A stretch of DNA of 64,000 nt, from assembly GCA_052327205.1 (NCBI GenBank), contig CM126202.1, forward strand, positions 288,548,001 through 288,612,000. Direction: 5' to 3'. Origin of the DNA: Somniosus microcephalus. Taxonomy: Eukaryota. Positions 39,101-52,263 of the stretch are shown piece by piece (the first letter of the stretch is position 1; each line of letters begins with the position of its first letter). The position numbers were made by a program, and so were the translations under genes. Below the pieces are notes generated by a model. That model was not told the origin of the DNA. It saw only the letters and a list, made by a program, of their open reading frames with translations, and did not search any database.

Positions 39101-42100
39101 CACACTCGCGATGTCTGATCTTCCACTTGCGATGTCCAATCATCCGCTCACAATGTCAGATCTTCCCCCCGCAATATCTGATCTTCTGCCATGGTGTTCG
39201 ATCTTCCCCCTTGATGTCCGATCTTACCCGCGATGTCCGATCTACACCCCTCACTATATCCGATCTTCCCCCGCGATGTCCGATCATCCCCCCTCGCGAT
39301 ATCCGATCTCCTCCTCGCGATGACCAACCTTCCCCCGCGATGTCCGATCGTCCTCTCACGATGTGAGATCTCCCCCCGCGATGTCCAATCTTACCCCGTG
39401 ATGTCGGTTCTTCCCCTCGTGATGTCTGATCTTACCCCACAATGACCGATCTCCACACGTGATGTCCGATCTTCCCCCACGATGTCCGATCTTCCCCCTC
39501 GCGATGTCCGATCTTCCACCGTGATGTCTGATCTTCCCCCGCAATGTGTAATCTACCCCCGCGAAGTCTGATCTTCTCCCCGCAATTTCCGATCTTCCCT
39601 CGTGATGTCTGATCTCCCCCCATGATGTCCGATCTTCCCCCCTCGCGATATCAGATCTTCCCCTCGCGATGTCTGATCTTACCCCGCGATGTCCAATCTT
39701 CCCCCGTGATGTCCGATCAACCCCCTCGCGATGTCCGATCTCCCCCTTGTGATGACTGATCTCCCCACGCGATGTCCGATCTTCCCCCGCAATGTCCGAT
39801 CTTCCACTCGCGATGTCAGATCTCCCCCCGCGATGTCCGATCTTCTCCTCGCGATGTCTGAACTTCCCCCGTGATGTCGGATCTTCCCCTCGCGATGTCC
39901 GATCTTACTCCACGATGACCGATCTCCCCACGCGATGTCCGATCTTCCCCCCATGCGAAGTCCGATCTTCCCCCATGCGATGTCCAATCTTACCCTCATG
40001 ATGTCTGATCTTCCCCCGCGATGTCTGATCTTCCCCGCGATGTCCGATCTTTTCCCCTCATGAAGTCCGATCCTCCCCTTGCGATGTCTGAGCTTCCCCT
40101 CGCGATTTCCGATCTTCCCCCGCGATGTCCAATCTTCCCTCGCGATGTTTGATTTTCCCCTGCGATGTCCGATCTCTCCCTGCGATGTCCGGTGATCCGT
40201 CGTGATGTCCGATCTTCCCTGCCATGTCCAATCTTCTCTCCGCGATGTCTGATCTTCCCCCTCACGATGTCCGATCTTCCACACTCGCAATGGCTGATCT
40301 TCCACTCGCGATGTCCGATCATCCCCTCGCAATGTCCGATATTCCCCTTGCGATATCTGATCTTCTCCCATGGTGTTCGATCTTCCCCCGTGATGTCCGA
40401 TCATCCCCGCAATGTCCGATCTTCCCCCCAAGCTACATCCGCTCTTCCCCCGCGATGTCCGATCATCCCCTCGCGATGTCCGATCACCCGTCATGATGTC
40501 AGATCTTCCCCCGCAATGTCCGATCTTCCCCTCGCGATGTGAGATCTCCCCCCGCGATGTCCAATCTTCCCACCGCGATGTCCGATCTTCCCCGTGATGT
40601 CCGATCTTCCCCCATGATGTCCGATCTTACCCCAGCGATGTCCGATTTTTCCGTGCGATGACTGATTCTCCCCCTGTGATGTCCGATCTTCCCCAGCGAT
40701 GTCCGGTCATCCCCTGTAATGTCTGATCTTCCCCCCGCGATGTCCGATCTTCACCCCGCGATGTCCGATCTTCCCCCCACGATGTCTGATCTTCCCCCGC
40801 GATGTCCGGTCATCACCCTGTGATGTCAAATCTTCACCCCGCAATGTCCGATCTTCCCCCCGCGATGTCCGATCTTCCCCGTGACGTCCGATCTTCCCCC
40901 ATGATGTACGATCTTCCCCCCGCGATGTCAGATCTGCCCTCCGTAATGTCAGATCTTCCGCTCACTGTATCCGATCTTCTCCCCTCGCAATGTCTGATCT
41001 TCTCCCGCGATGTCCGATCTTCCCCCGTGGTGTGCGATCTTCCCCTCGCGATGTTTGATCTTCCCCTCGTGATGTCAGATCTTCCACCGCAATGTCGGAT
41101 CTTCCCCCGCGATGTCCGATCTTCCCCCAGGATATCTCATCTTCCCCGCACTGTCTGATCTTCCCCCCGTGATGTCCGATCTTCCCCCATGATGTCCGAT
41201 GTTCCACCACAATGACCGATCTTTCCCACGCAATGTCCGATCTTCCCCTCGCATTGTCTATTCTTCTCCCCTCGCGATGTCTGATCTTCTCCCGCAATGT
41301 CCGATCATCCCCTCGCAATGTCTGATCTTGCCATTGCGATATCTGATCTTCTCCCGTGGTGTTCGATCTTCCCCCATGATGTCCGATCATCCCCGCGATG
41401 TCAGATCTTCCCCTGCAATGTCCGATCTTCCCCTCGCGATGTCCGATCTTCCCCCCGTGATGCCCGATCTTTGCCTCGTGATGTCCAATCTTTTCTCCGC
41501 GATGACCGATCTTCTGCCCACGATGTCCAATCTCCTCCTGCGATGTCCGATCTGCCCTGTGATGTCGGATCTTCCACTCGCGATGACCAATCTCCCCACG
41601 TGATGTCCAATCTTCCCCTTGCGATGTCCGATCTTCCCCCTGCGATGCCCGATCTTTGCCTCGTGATGTCCAATCTTTTCTCCGCGATGACCGATCTTCT
41701 GCCCACGATGTCCAATCTTCTCTCCGTGATGTCCAATCTTCCCCCCGGGGTGTCCGATCCTCCCTGCGATGTAAAAACTTCCCCTCGCGATGTCCGATCT
41801 TCCCCCCACGATGTCCGATTTTTTCCGTGCGATGACCGATTCTCCCCCTGTGATGTCTGATCTACCCCCGCGATGTCCGATCTTCACCCCGCAATGTCCG
41901 ATCTTCCCCCCACGATGTCCGATCTTCCCCCCGCGATGTCCGATCTTCCCGCCGCGATGTCTGATCTTCCCCCGCCATGTCTGATCTTTCCCCGTTGATA
42001 TCCGATCATCCGCTGCAATGTCCGCTCTTCCCCCGCGATGTCTGGTCATCACCCCGCAATGTTAAATCTTCCCCCCGCGATGTCCGATCTTTCCCCCGCG

Positions 42101-44084
42101 ATGTCCGATCTTCCCCCCGCGATGTCCAATCTTCCCCATGATGTCCGATCTTCCCCCCGCGATGTCAGATCTTCCCCCCGTAATGCCAGATCTTCCGCTC
42201 ACTGTATCCGATCTTCTCCCCTCGCGATGTCTGATCTTCTCCCGCGATGTCCGATCTTCCCCCGTGGTGTGCGATCTTCCCCTCACAATGTCCGACCTTC
42301 CCCTCGTGATGTCAGATCTTCCACTGCAATGTCAGATCTTCCCCCACGATGTCCGATCTTCCCCCATGATGTCCGGTGTTCCACCACAATGACCGATCTT
42401 CCCCACGCAATGTCCGATCTTCCCCTCGCGTTGTCCATTCTTCTCCCGCGATGTCCGATCATCCCCTCGCAATGTCTGACCTTCCCCTTGCGATATCTGA
42501 TCTTCTCCCGTGGTGTTCGATCTTCCCCCATGATGTCCGATCATCCCCGCGATGTCCGATCTTCCCCCAAGCTATATCCGCTCTTCCCCCGCGATGTCCG
42601 ATCATCCCCCCTTGCGATGTCCGATCACCCGTCGCGATGTCCGATCTACCCCCGCAATGTCCGATCTTCCCCTCGCGATGTGAGATCTCCCCCCGCGATG
42701 TCCAATCTTCCCTGCGATGTCGGATCTTCCCCTCGCGATGACCGATCTCCCCACACGATGTCCGATCTTCCCCTCACGATGTCCGATCTTACCCCCGCAA
42801 TGCCCAATCTTCCCCTCGTGATGTCCGATCTTTCCCCGTGATGTCCGATCTTCCCCCTCGCTATGTCCGATCTTCCGCTCCCATGATGTCCGATCTTCCC
42901 CTCGCGATGTCCAATCTTCCCCCGCGATGTCTGATCTTCCCGCTCGCGATGTCCAATCTTCCCCTGCGATGTCCGATCTTCCCCCCTTGTGATGTCTGAT
43001 CTTCCCCCGCGATGCCCGATCACCACAAGCGATGTCCGATCTTCCCCTAGCAATGTCAGATCTCCTCCCGCGATGTCCGATCTTCCCCACTCGTGATGTC
43101 CGATCTTCCCCTCACGATGTCTGATCTACACCCACAATGTCTGAGCTTCCCCCCTCGCGATGTCTGATCTTTGCCTCACGATGTACGATCTTCTCCCCGC
43201 GAAGTACGATCTTCACCCAAGATGTCTGATCTTCCCTCGTGATGTCTAATCTTCCCCGCGATGTCCTATATTCCCCCTGCGATGTCCGATCTTCTCCCCA
43301 TGATGGCCGATCTTCCCCTCGCAATGTCCGATCTTCTCCCCGCGATGTCCGATATTCACCTCACGATGTCTGATCTTCACTCGTGATGTCTGATCTTCGC
43401 CCGCGATGTCCAATCATCCCCCGCGATGTCCGATCCCACCCACGATGTCCGATCTTCCCCTCGTGATGTCCGATCTTCCACCTCCGCGATGTCCGATCAT
43501 CCCCCCCGTGATGTTCGATCTTCCCCAGCGATGTCCGATCTTCCCCAGCGATGTCCGATCTTCCCCCATGATGTCTGATCTTCCCTCGTGATGTCCAATT
43601 TCCCCTCACGATGTCCAATCTTCCCCCGCAATGTCTGATCTTCCCACTCGCGAAGTCCGATCTTCCCCTGCGATGTCCGATCTTCCCCCCTCGTGAATAC
43701 TGATCTTCCCCCGCGATGTCCGATCTTCCCCTGCAATGTCCAAACTTCTCTCCACAATGTCCGATTTTCCCCCCGCGATGTCCGATCTTCTCCCCACGAT
43801 GTCCGATCTTCTCCCCACGATGTCCGATATTCTCCCCGCGATGTTTGATCTTCTCCCCGCGATGTCCGATATTCTCCCTGTGATGTCTGATCTTCCCTCG
43901 TGATGTCCGATCTTCCCCCGCGATATACGATCTTTCCACGCGATGTCCGATGACCCCTCGTGATGTCTGATCTTCCCCCGCGATGTCCAACCTTCTCTCC
44001 GCAATGTCAGATCTTCTCCCCGCGATGTCCGATATTCTCCCTGTGATGTCCGATCTTCCCTTGTGATGTCTGATCTTCCCCCGC

Positions 44085-44450
44085 GATGTCCGATCTTCCC
44101 TCGCTATGTCTGATCTTCCCCTCGCGATGTCCCATCTTCTGCCTGCGATGTCCGAGCTTCCCCCGCGATGACCGGTCTTCCCCCATGATGTCCGATCTTC
44201 CCCTCACGATATCCCATTTTCTCCCCGCGATGTCCAACCATCAATTGCGGTGTCCGAACTTCCGCGGCGATGTCCGATCTTCCCTCGCTATGTCTGATCT
44301 TCCCCTCGCGATGTCCCATCTTCTCCCTGCAATGTCCGATCTTCCCCCGCAATGACCGGTCTTCCCCCGTGATGTCCGATCTTCCCCTCACGATATCCCA
44401 TTTTCTCCCCGCGATGTCCAACCATCAATTGCAGTGTCCGAACTTCCCCC
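44085..44450. repeat. Nested tandem duplication, 184 bp (9 monomers); also at ~49001-49366
   Basis: ORFs 44086/44270 are offset 184; private marker CCAACCATCAATTGC occurs twice per large copy. Confidence 0.9.
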
Positions 44451-44454
44451 GCGA

Positions 44455-45100
44455 TGTCCGATCTTCCCCTCATGATGTCCGATCTTCTACCCGTGATGTC
44501 CGATCTTCCCCCACAATGTCCGATGATCTCCCCGCAAAGTCCAATCTTCTCCTCGCGATGTCTGATCCTCTCCCGCGATGTCCGATCTTCCCTCGCTACA
44601 TCCGATCTTCACCTCACGATGTCCCATCTTCTCCCTGCGATGTCCGATCTTCCCCCGCAATGACCGGTCTTCTCCCGCGATGTCCAATCTTCCTCTCACT
44701 ATATTCCATCTTCTCCCCACAATGTCCAAGCTTCCCTTGCCATGTTCGATCTTCCCCCGTGATGTCCGATCTTCCCCTCATGATGTCCGATCTTCTACCC
44801 GTGATGTCCAATCTTCCCCCACAATGTCCGATGATCTCCCCGCAAAGTCCAATCTTCTCCTCGCGATGTCTGATCCTCTCCCGCGATGTCCGATCTTCCC
44901 TCGCTACATCCGATCTTCACCTCACGATGTCCCATCTTCTCCCTGCGATGTCCGATCTTCCCCCGCAATGACCGGTCTTCTCCCGCGATGTCCAATCTTC
45001 CTCTCACTATATTCCATCTTCTCCCCACAATGTCCAAGCTTCCCTTGCCATGTTCGATCTTCCCCCATGATGTCCGATCTTCCCCTCATGATGTCCGATC
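44455..45100. repeat. Nested tandem duplication, 308 bp (15 monomers); also at ~49371-50016
   Basis: ORFs 44487/44795 have identical translations and 44578/44886 match, offset 308; markers GCTACATCCG and CACTATATTCCATC occur twice. Confidence 0.92.
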
Positions 45101-46079
45101 TTCCCCCACGATGTCCGATGATCTCCCCGCAAAGTCCACTCTTCTCCTCGCGATGTCTGCTCCTCTCCCGCGATGTCCAATCTACCCTCGCGATGTCTCA
45201 TCGTCCTGCGCGATGTCCGATCTTCCCCCCACGATGACTGATCTTCTCCCGTGATGTCCCATCTTCCCCTCGCGATGTCCCATCTTCCCCTGGCGATGTC
45301 CGATCATCCGCTGCGATGCCCGATTATCCGCTGCGATGTCCGACCTTCCCCTGTGATGTCCTGTCATCTCCCCGCGATGTCTGATCTTCTCCCGCGATGT
45401 CCGATCTACCTCCCTCGCTATATCCAATCTTCCCCCGCGATATCCGATCATTCCCCTCGCGATGTCCGATCTCCTCCTTGCGATGTCCGACCTTCGATGT
45501 CCGATCTTCCCCCGCGATATCCGATCTTCCCCTCGCGATGTCCGATCTTCTCCCCGCGATGTCCGATCTCCCCCCACGATGTCCGATGATCTCCCCGCAA
45601 AGTCCACTCTTCTCTTTGCGATGTCTGCTCCTCTTCCGCGTTGTCCGATCTTCCCCTCGCATTGTCCGATCATCCTGCGCGATGTCTGATCTTCCCCCCA
45701 CGATGTCTGATCTTCTCCCGTGATGTCCGATCTTCCCCTCACGATGTCCGATCTTCCCCTGGCGATGTCCGATCATCCGCTGCGATGTCCGATCATCCGC
45801 TGCGATGTCCGATCTTCCCCCGAGATGTCTGGTCATCCCCCCGCGATGTCTGATCTTCTCCCGCGATGTCCAATTTACCCCCCTCGCTATATCCAATCTA
45901 ACCCCACGATGTCCGATCATTCCCACTCGCGATGTTCGATCTCCTCCTCGCGATGTCCGACCTTTCCCCGCGATGTCCGATCTTCCCTCACGATGTCCGA
46001 TCTAACCCCACAATGAACGATCTCCATACGCGATGTCCAATCTTCCCCCGCGATGTCCAATCTTCCCCCGCGATGTCCG

Positions 46080-47350
46080 ATCTTCCCCCTCGCGATGTCC
46101 GATCTTCCCCCTCGTGCTATCTGATCGTCCCCCGTGATGTCTAATCTTCCCCCTCACGATGTCCGATCTTCCCACCTCGTGATGTCTGATCTTACCCCGC
46201 GATGTCCGAACTTCCCCCTCGCGCTGTCCGATTTTCCCCCCTCGTGATGTCTGATTGTCCCACCTCGTGATGTCTGATCGTCTCCCCCCGTGATGTCTGA
46301 TCGTCTCCCCTCGTGATGCCTGATCTTCCCCGTGATGTCTGATCTTCCCCCTCATGATGTGCGATCTTCCAGCGCGATGTCTGATCTTCCCCCGCAATGT
46401 GTAATCTACCCCTGCGGAGTCCGATCTTCTCCCCGCAATTTCCGATCTCCCTCGTGATGTCTGATCTCCCCCCGTGTTATCTGATCTTCCCCCCGTGATG
46501 CCCGATCTTACGCTCGCGATGTCAGAACTACCACCGCGATGTCCGATCTTCCCCACTCGCGATGTCCGATCTTCCACCGCGATGTCCGAACTACCCCCCT
46601 CGCGATGTCCGATCTTCCACCGCGATATCTGATCTTCCCCCCTCGCGATGTCCATTCTCCCTCTCGCGATGTCCGATCTTCCCCTGGCGATGTCTGATCT
46701 TCCCCCGCGATGTCTGATCTCCCCCCGTGATGTCCGATCTTCCCCCCGCGATGCCCGATCTTACGCTCGCGATGTGAGAACTACCACCGCGATGTCCAAT
46801 CATCCTCCCTCGCAATGTCCGATCTTCCCCCTCGCGATGTCCGATCTTCCCCCTCATGCTATCTGATCGTCCCCCGTGGTGTCTAATCTTCCCCCTCACG
46901 ATGTCCGATCTTCCCACCTCGTGATGTCTGATCTTACCCCGCGATGTCCGAACTTCCCCCTCGCGCTGTCCGATTTTCCCCCCTCGTGATGTCTGATTGT
47001 CCCACCTCGTGATGTCTGATCGTCTCCCCCCGTGATGTCTGATCGCCTCCCCTCGTGATGTTTGATCTTCCCCGTGATGTCTGATCTTCCCCCTCACGAT
47101 GTGCGATCTTCCAGCGCGATGTCTGATCTTCCCCCGCAATGTGTAATCTACCCCTGCGGAGTCCGATCTTCTCCCCGCAATTTCCGATCTCCCTCGTGAT
47201 GTCTGATCTCCCCCCGTGATATCTGATCTTCCCCCCGTGATGCCCGATCTTACGCTCGCGATGTCAGAACTACCACCGCGATGTCCGATCTTCCCCACTC
47301 GCGATGTCCAATCTTCCACCGCGATGTCCGAACTACCCCCCTCGCGATGT
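46080..47350. repeat. Nested tandem duplication, 742 bp unit (second unit truncated by the 4,916-bp junction); complete dimer at ~50996-52490
   Basis: GTAATCTACCCCTGCGGAGT at 46401/47143 and 51317/52059; CTATCTGATCGTCC at 46117/46859; ORFs 51507/52249 are offset 742. Confidence 0.9.
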
Positions 47351-50300
47351 CCATTCTTCTCCCGCGATGTCCGATCATCCCCTCGCAATGTCTGACCTTC
47401 CCCTTGCGATATCTGATCTTCTCCCGTGGTGTTCGATCTTCCCCCATGATGTCCGATCATCCCCGCGATGTCCGATCTTCCCCCAAGCTATATCCGCTCT
47501 TCCCCCGCGATGTCCGATCATCCCCCCTTGCGATGTCCGATCACCCGTCGCGATGTCCGATCTACCCCCGCAATGTCCGATCTTCCCCTCGCGATGTGAG
47601 ATCTCCCCCCGCGATGTCCAATCTTCCCTGCGATGTCGGATCTTCCCCTCGCGATGACCGATCTCCCCACACGATGTCCGATCTTCCCCTCACGATGTCC
47701 GATCTTACCCCCGCAATGCCCAATCTTCCCCTCGTGATGTCCGATCTTTCCCCGTGATGTCCGATCTTCCCCCTCGCTATGTCCGATCTTCCGCTCCCAT
47801 GATGTCCGATCTTCCCCTCGCGATGTCCAATCTTCCCCCGCGATGTCTGATCTTCCCGCTCGCGATGTCCAATCTTCCCCTGCGATGTCCGATCTTCCCC
47901 CCTTGTGATGTCTGATCTTCCCCCGCGATGCCCGATCACCACAAGCGATGTCCGATCTTCCCCTAGCAATGTCAGATCTCCTCCCGCGATGTCCGATCTT
48001 CCCCACTCGTGATGTCCGATCTTCCCCTCACGATGTCTGATCTACACCCACAATGTCTGAGCTTCCCCCCTCGCGATGTCTGATCTTTGCCTCGCGATGT
48101 ACGATCTTCTCCCCGCGAAGTACGATCTTCACCCAAGATGTCTGATCTTCCCTCGTGATGTCTAATCTTCCCCGCGATGTCCTATATTCCCCCTGCGATG
48201 TCCGATCTTCTCCCCATGATGGCCGATCTTCCCCTCGCAATGTCCGATCTTCTCCCCGCGATGTCCGATATTCACCTCACGATGTCTGATCTTCACTCGT
48301 GATGTCTGATCTTCGCCCGCGATGTCCAATCATCCCCCGCGATGTCCGATCCCACCCACGATGTCCGATCTTCCCCTCGTGATGTCCGATCTTCCACCTC
48401 CGCGATGTCCGATCATCCCCCCCGTGATGTTCGATCTTCCCCAGCGATGTCCGATCTTCCCCAGCGATGTCCGATCTTCCCCCATGATGTCTGATCTTCC
48501 CTCGTGATGTCCAATTTCCCCTCACGATGTCCAATCTTCCCCCGCAATGTCTGATCTTCCCACTCGCGAAGTCCGATCTTCCCCTGCGATGTCCGATCTT
48601 CCCCCCTCGTGAATACTGATCTTCCCCCGCGATGTCCGATCTTCCCCTGCAATGTCCAAACTTCTCTCCACAATGTCCGATTTTCCCCCCGCGATGTCCG
48701 ATCTTCTCCCCACGATGTCCGATCTTCTCCCCACGATGTCCGATATTCTCCCCGCGATGTTTGATCTTCTCCCCGCGATGTCCGATATTCTCCCTGTGAT
48801 GTCTGATCTTCCCTCGTGATGTCCGATCTTCCCCCGCGATATACGATCTTTCCACGCGATGTCCGATGACCCCTCGTGATGTCTGATCTTCCCCCGCGAT
48901 GTCCAACCTTCTCTCCGCAATGTCAGATCTTCTCCCCGCGATGTCCGATATTCTCCCTGTGATGTCCGATCTTCCCTTGTGATGTCTGATCTTCCCCCGC
49001 GATGTCCGATCTTCCCTCGCTATGTCTGATCTTCCCCTCGCGATGTCCCATCTTCTGCCTGCGATGTCCGAGCTTCCCCCGCGATGACCGGTCTTCCCCC
49101 ATGATGTCCGATCTTCCCCTCACGATATCCCATTTTCTCCCCGCGATGTCCAACCATCAATTGCGGTGTCCGAACTTCCGCGGCGATGTCCGATCTTCCC
49201 TCGCTATGTCTGATCTTCCCCTCGCGATGTCCCATCTTCTCCCTGCAATGTCCGATCTTCCCCCGCAATGACCGGTCTTCCCCCGTGATGTCCGATCTTC
49301 CCCTCACGATATCCCATTTTCTCCCCGCGATGTCCAACCATCAATTGCAGTGTCCGAACTTCCCCCGCGATGTCCGATCTTCCCCTCATGATGTCCGATC
49401 TTCTACCCGTGATGTCCGATCTTCCCCCACAATGTCCGATGATCTCCCCGCAAAGTCCAATCTTCTCCTCGCGATGTCTGATCCTCTCCCGCGATGTCCG
49501 ATCTTCCCTCGCTACATCCGATCTTCACCTCACGATGTCCCATCTTCTCCCTGCGATGTCCGATCTTCCCCCGCAATGACCGGTCTTCTCCCGCGATGTC
49601 CAATCTTCCTCTCACTATATTCCATCTTCTCCCCACAATGTCCAAGCTTCCCTTGCCATGTTCGATCTTCCCCCGTGATGTCCGATCTTCCCCTCATGAT
49701 GTCCGATCTTCTACCCGTGATGTCCAATCTTCCCCCACAATGTCCGATGATCTCCCCGCAAAGTCCAATCTTCTCCTCGCGATGTCTGATCCTCTCCCGC
49801 GATGTCCGATCTTCCCTCGCTACATCCGATCTTCACCTCACGATGTCCCATCTTCTCCCTGCGATGTCCGATCTTCCCCCGCAATGACCGGTCTTCTCCC
49901 GCGATGTCCAATCTTCCTCTCACTATATTCCATCTTCTCCCCACAATGTCCAAGCTTCCCTTGCCATGTTCGATCTTCCCCCATGATGTCCGATCTTCCC
50001 CTCATGATGTCCGATCTTCCCCCACGATGTCCGATGATCTCCCCGCAAAGTCCACTCTTCTCCTCGCGATGTCTGCTCCTCTCCCGCGATGTCCAATCTA
50101 CCCTCGCGATGTCTCATCGTCCTGCGCGATGTCCGATCTTCCCCCCACGATGACTGATCTTCTCCCGTGATGTCCCATCTTCCCCTCGCGATGTCCCATC
50201 TTCCCCTGGCGATGTCCGATCATCCGCTGCGATGCCCGATTATCCGCTGCGATGTCCGACCTTCCCCTGTGATGTCCTGTCATCTCCCCGCGATGTCTGA

Positions 50301-52263
50301 TCTTCTCCCGCGATGTCCGATCTACCTCCCTCGCTATATCCAATCTTCCCCCGCGATATCCGATCATTCCCCTCGCGATGTCCGATCTCCTCCTTGCGAT
50401 GTCCGACCTTCGATGTCCGATCTTCCCCCGCGATATCCGATCTTCCCCTCGCGATGTCCGATCTTCTCCCCGCGATGTCCGATCTCCCCCCACGATGTCC
50501 GATGATCTCCCCGCAAAGTCCACTCTTCTCTTTGCGATGTCTGCTCCTCTTCCGCGTTGTCCGATCTTCCCCTCGCATTGTCCGATCATCCTGCGCGATG
50601 TCTGATCTTCCCCCCACGATGTCTGATCTTCTCCCGTGATGTCCGATCTTCCCCTCACGATGTCCGATCTTCCCCTGGCGATGTCCGATCATCCGCTGCG
50701 ATGTCCGATCATCCGCTGCGATGTCCGATCTTCCCCCGAGATGTCTGGTCATCCCCCCGCGATGTCTGATCTTCTCCCGCGATGTCCAATTTACCCCCCT
50801 CGCTATATCCAATCTAACCCCACGATGTCCGATCATTCCCACTCGCGATGTTCGATCTCCTCCTCGCGATGTCCGACCTTTCCCCGCGATGTCCGATCTT
50901 CCCTCGCGATGTCCGATCTAACCCCACAATGAACGATCTCCATACGCGATGTCCAATCTTCCCCCGCGATGTCCAATCTTCCCCCGCGATGTCCGATCTT
51001 CCCCCTCGCGATGTCCGATCTTCCCCCTCGTGCTATCTGATCGTCCCCCGTGATGTCTAATCTTCCCCCTCACGATGTCCGATCTTCCCACCTCGTGATG
51101 TCTGATCTTACCCCGCGATGTCCGAACTTCCCCCTCGCGCTGTCCGATTTTCCCCCCTCGTGATGTCTGATTGTCCCACCTCGTGTTGTCTGATCGTCTC
51201 CCCCCGTGATGTCTGATCGTCTCCCCTCGTGATGCCTGATCTTCCCCGTGATGTCTGATCTTCCCCCTCATGATGTGCGATCTTCCAGCGTGATGTCTGA
51301 TCTTCCCCCGCAATGTGTAATCTACCCCTGCGGAGTCCGATCTTCTCCCCGCAATTTCCGATCTCCCTCGTGATGTCTGATCTCCCCCCGTGATATCTGA
51401 TCTTCCCCCCGTGATGCCCGATCTTACGCTCGCGATGTCAGAACTACCACCGCGATGTCCGATCTTCCCCACTCGCGATGTCCGATCTTCCACCGCGATG
51501 TCCGAACTACCCCCCTCGCGATGTCCGATCTTCCACCGCGATATCTGATCTTCCCCCCTCGCGATGTCCATTCTCCCTCTCGCGATGTCCGATCTTCCCC
51601 TGGCGATGTCTGATCTTCCCCCGCGATGTCTGATCTCCCCCCGTGATGTCCGATCTTCCCCCCGCGATGCCCGATCTTACACTCGCGATGTGAGAACTAC
51701 CACCGCGATGTCCAATCATCCTCCCTCGCAATGTCCGATCTTCCCCCTCGCGATGTCCGATCTTCCCCCTCGTGCTATCTGATCGTCCCCCGTGGTGTCT
51801 AATCTTCCCCCTCACGATGTCCGATCTTCCCACCTCGTGATGTCTGATCTTACCCCGCGATGTCCGAACTTCCCCCTCGCGCTGTCCGATTTTCCCCCCT
51901 CGTGATGTCTGATTGTCCCACCTCGTGATGTCTGATCGTCTCCCCCCGTGATGTCTGATCGCCTCCCCTCGTGATGTTTGATCTTCCCCGTGATGTCTGA
52001 TCTTCCCCCTCACGATGTGCGATCTTCCAGCGCGATGTCTGATCTTCCCCCGCAATGTGTAATCTACCCCTGCGGAGTCCGATCTTCTCCCCGCAATTTC
52101 CGATCTCCCTCGTGATGTCTGATCTCCCCCCGTGATATCTGATCTTCCCCCCGTGATGCCCGATCTTACGCTCGCGATGTCAGAACTACCACCGCGATGT
52201 CCGATCTTCCCCACTCGCGATGTCCGATCTTCCACCGCGATGTCCGAACTACCCCCCTCGCGA
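47348..52263. repeat. 4,916-bp head-to-tail segmental duplication, copy 2
   Basis: Colinear with 42432-47347 with no net indel; only a handful of substitutions seen (e.g. 43178A/48094G, 45990A/50906G, 46477T/51393A). Confidence 0.97.

Larger units (their letters stand above)
42432..47347. repeat. 4,916-bp head-to-tail segmental duplication, copy 1
   Basis: Every marker and ORF checked recurs at exactly +4916 (42602/47518, 43361/48277, 44578/49494, 46002/50918, 46648/51564; GTCCATTC 42433/47349; AACTACCCCCC 47331/52247). Confidence 0.97.
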
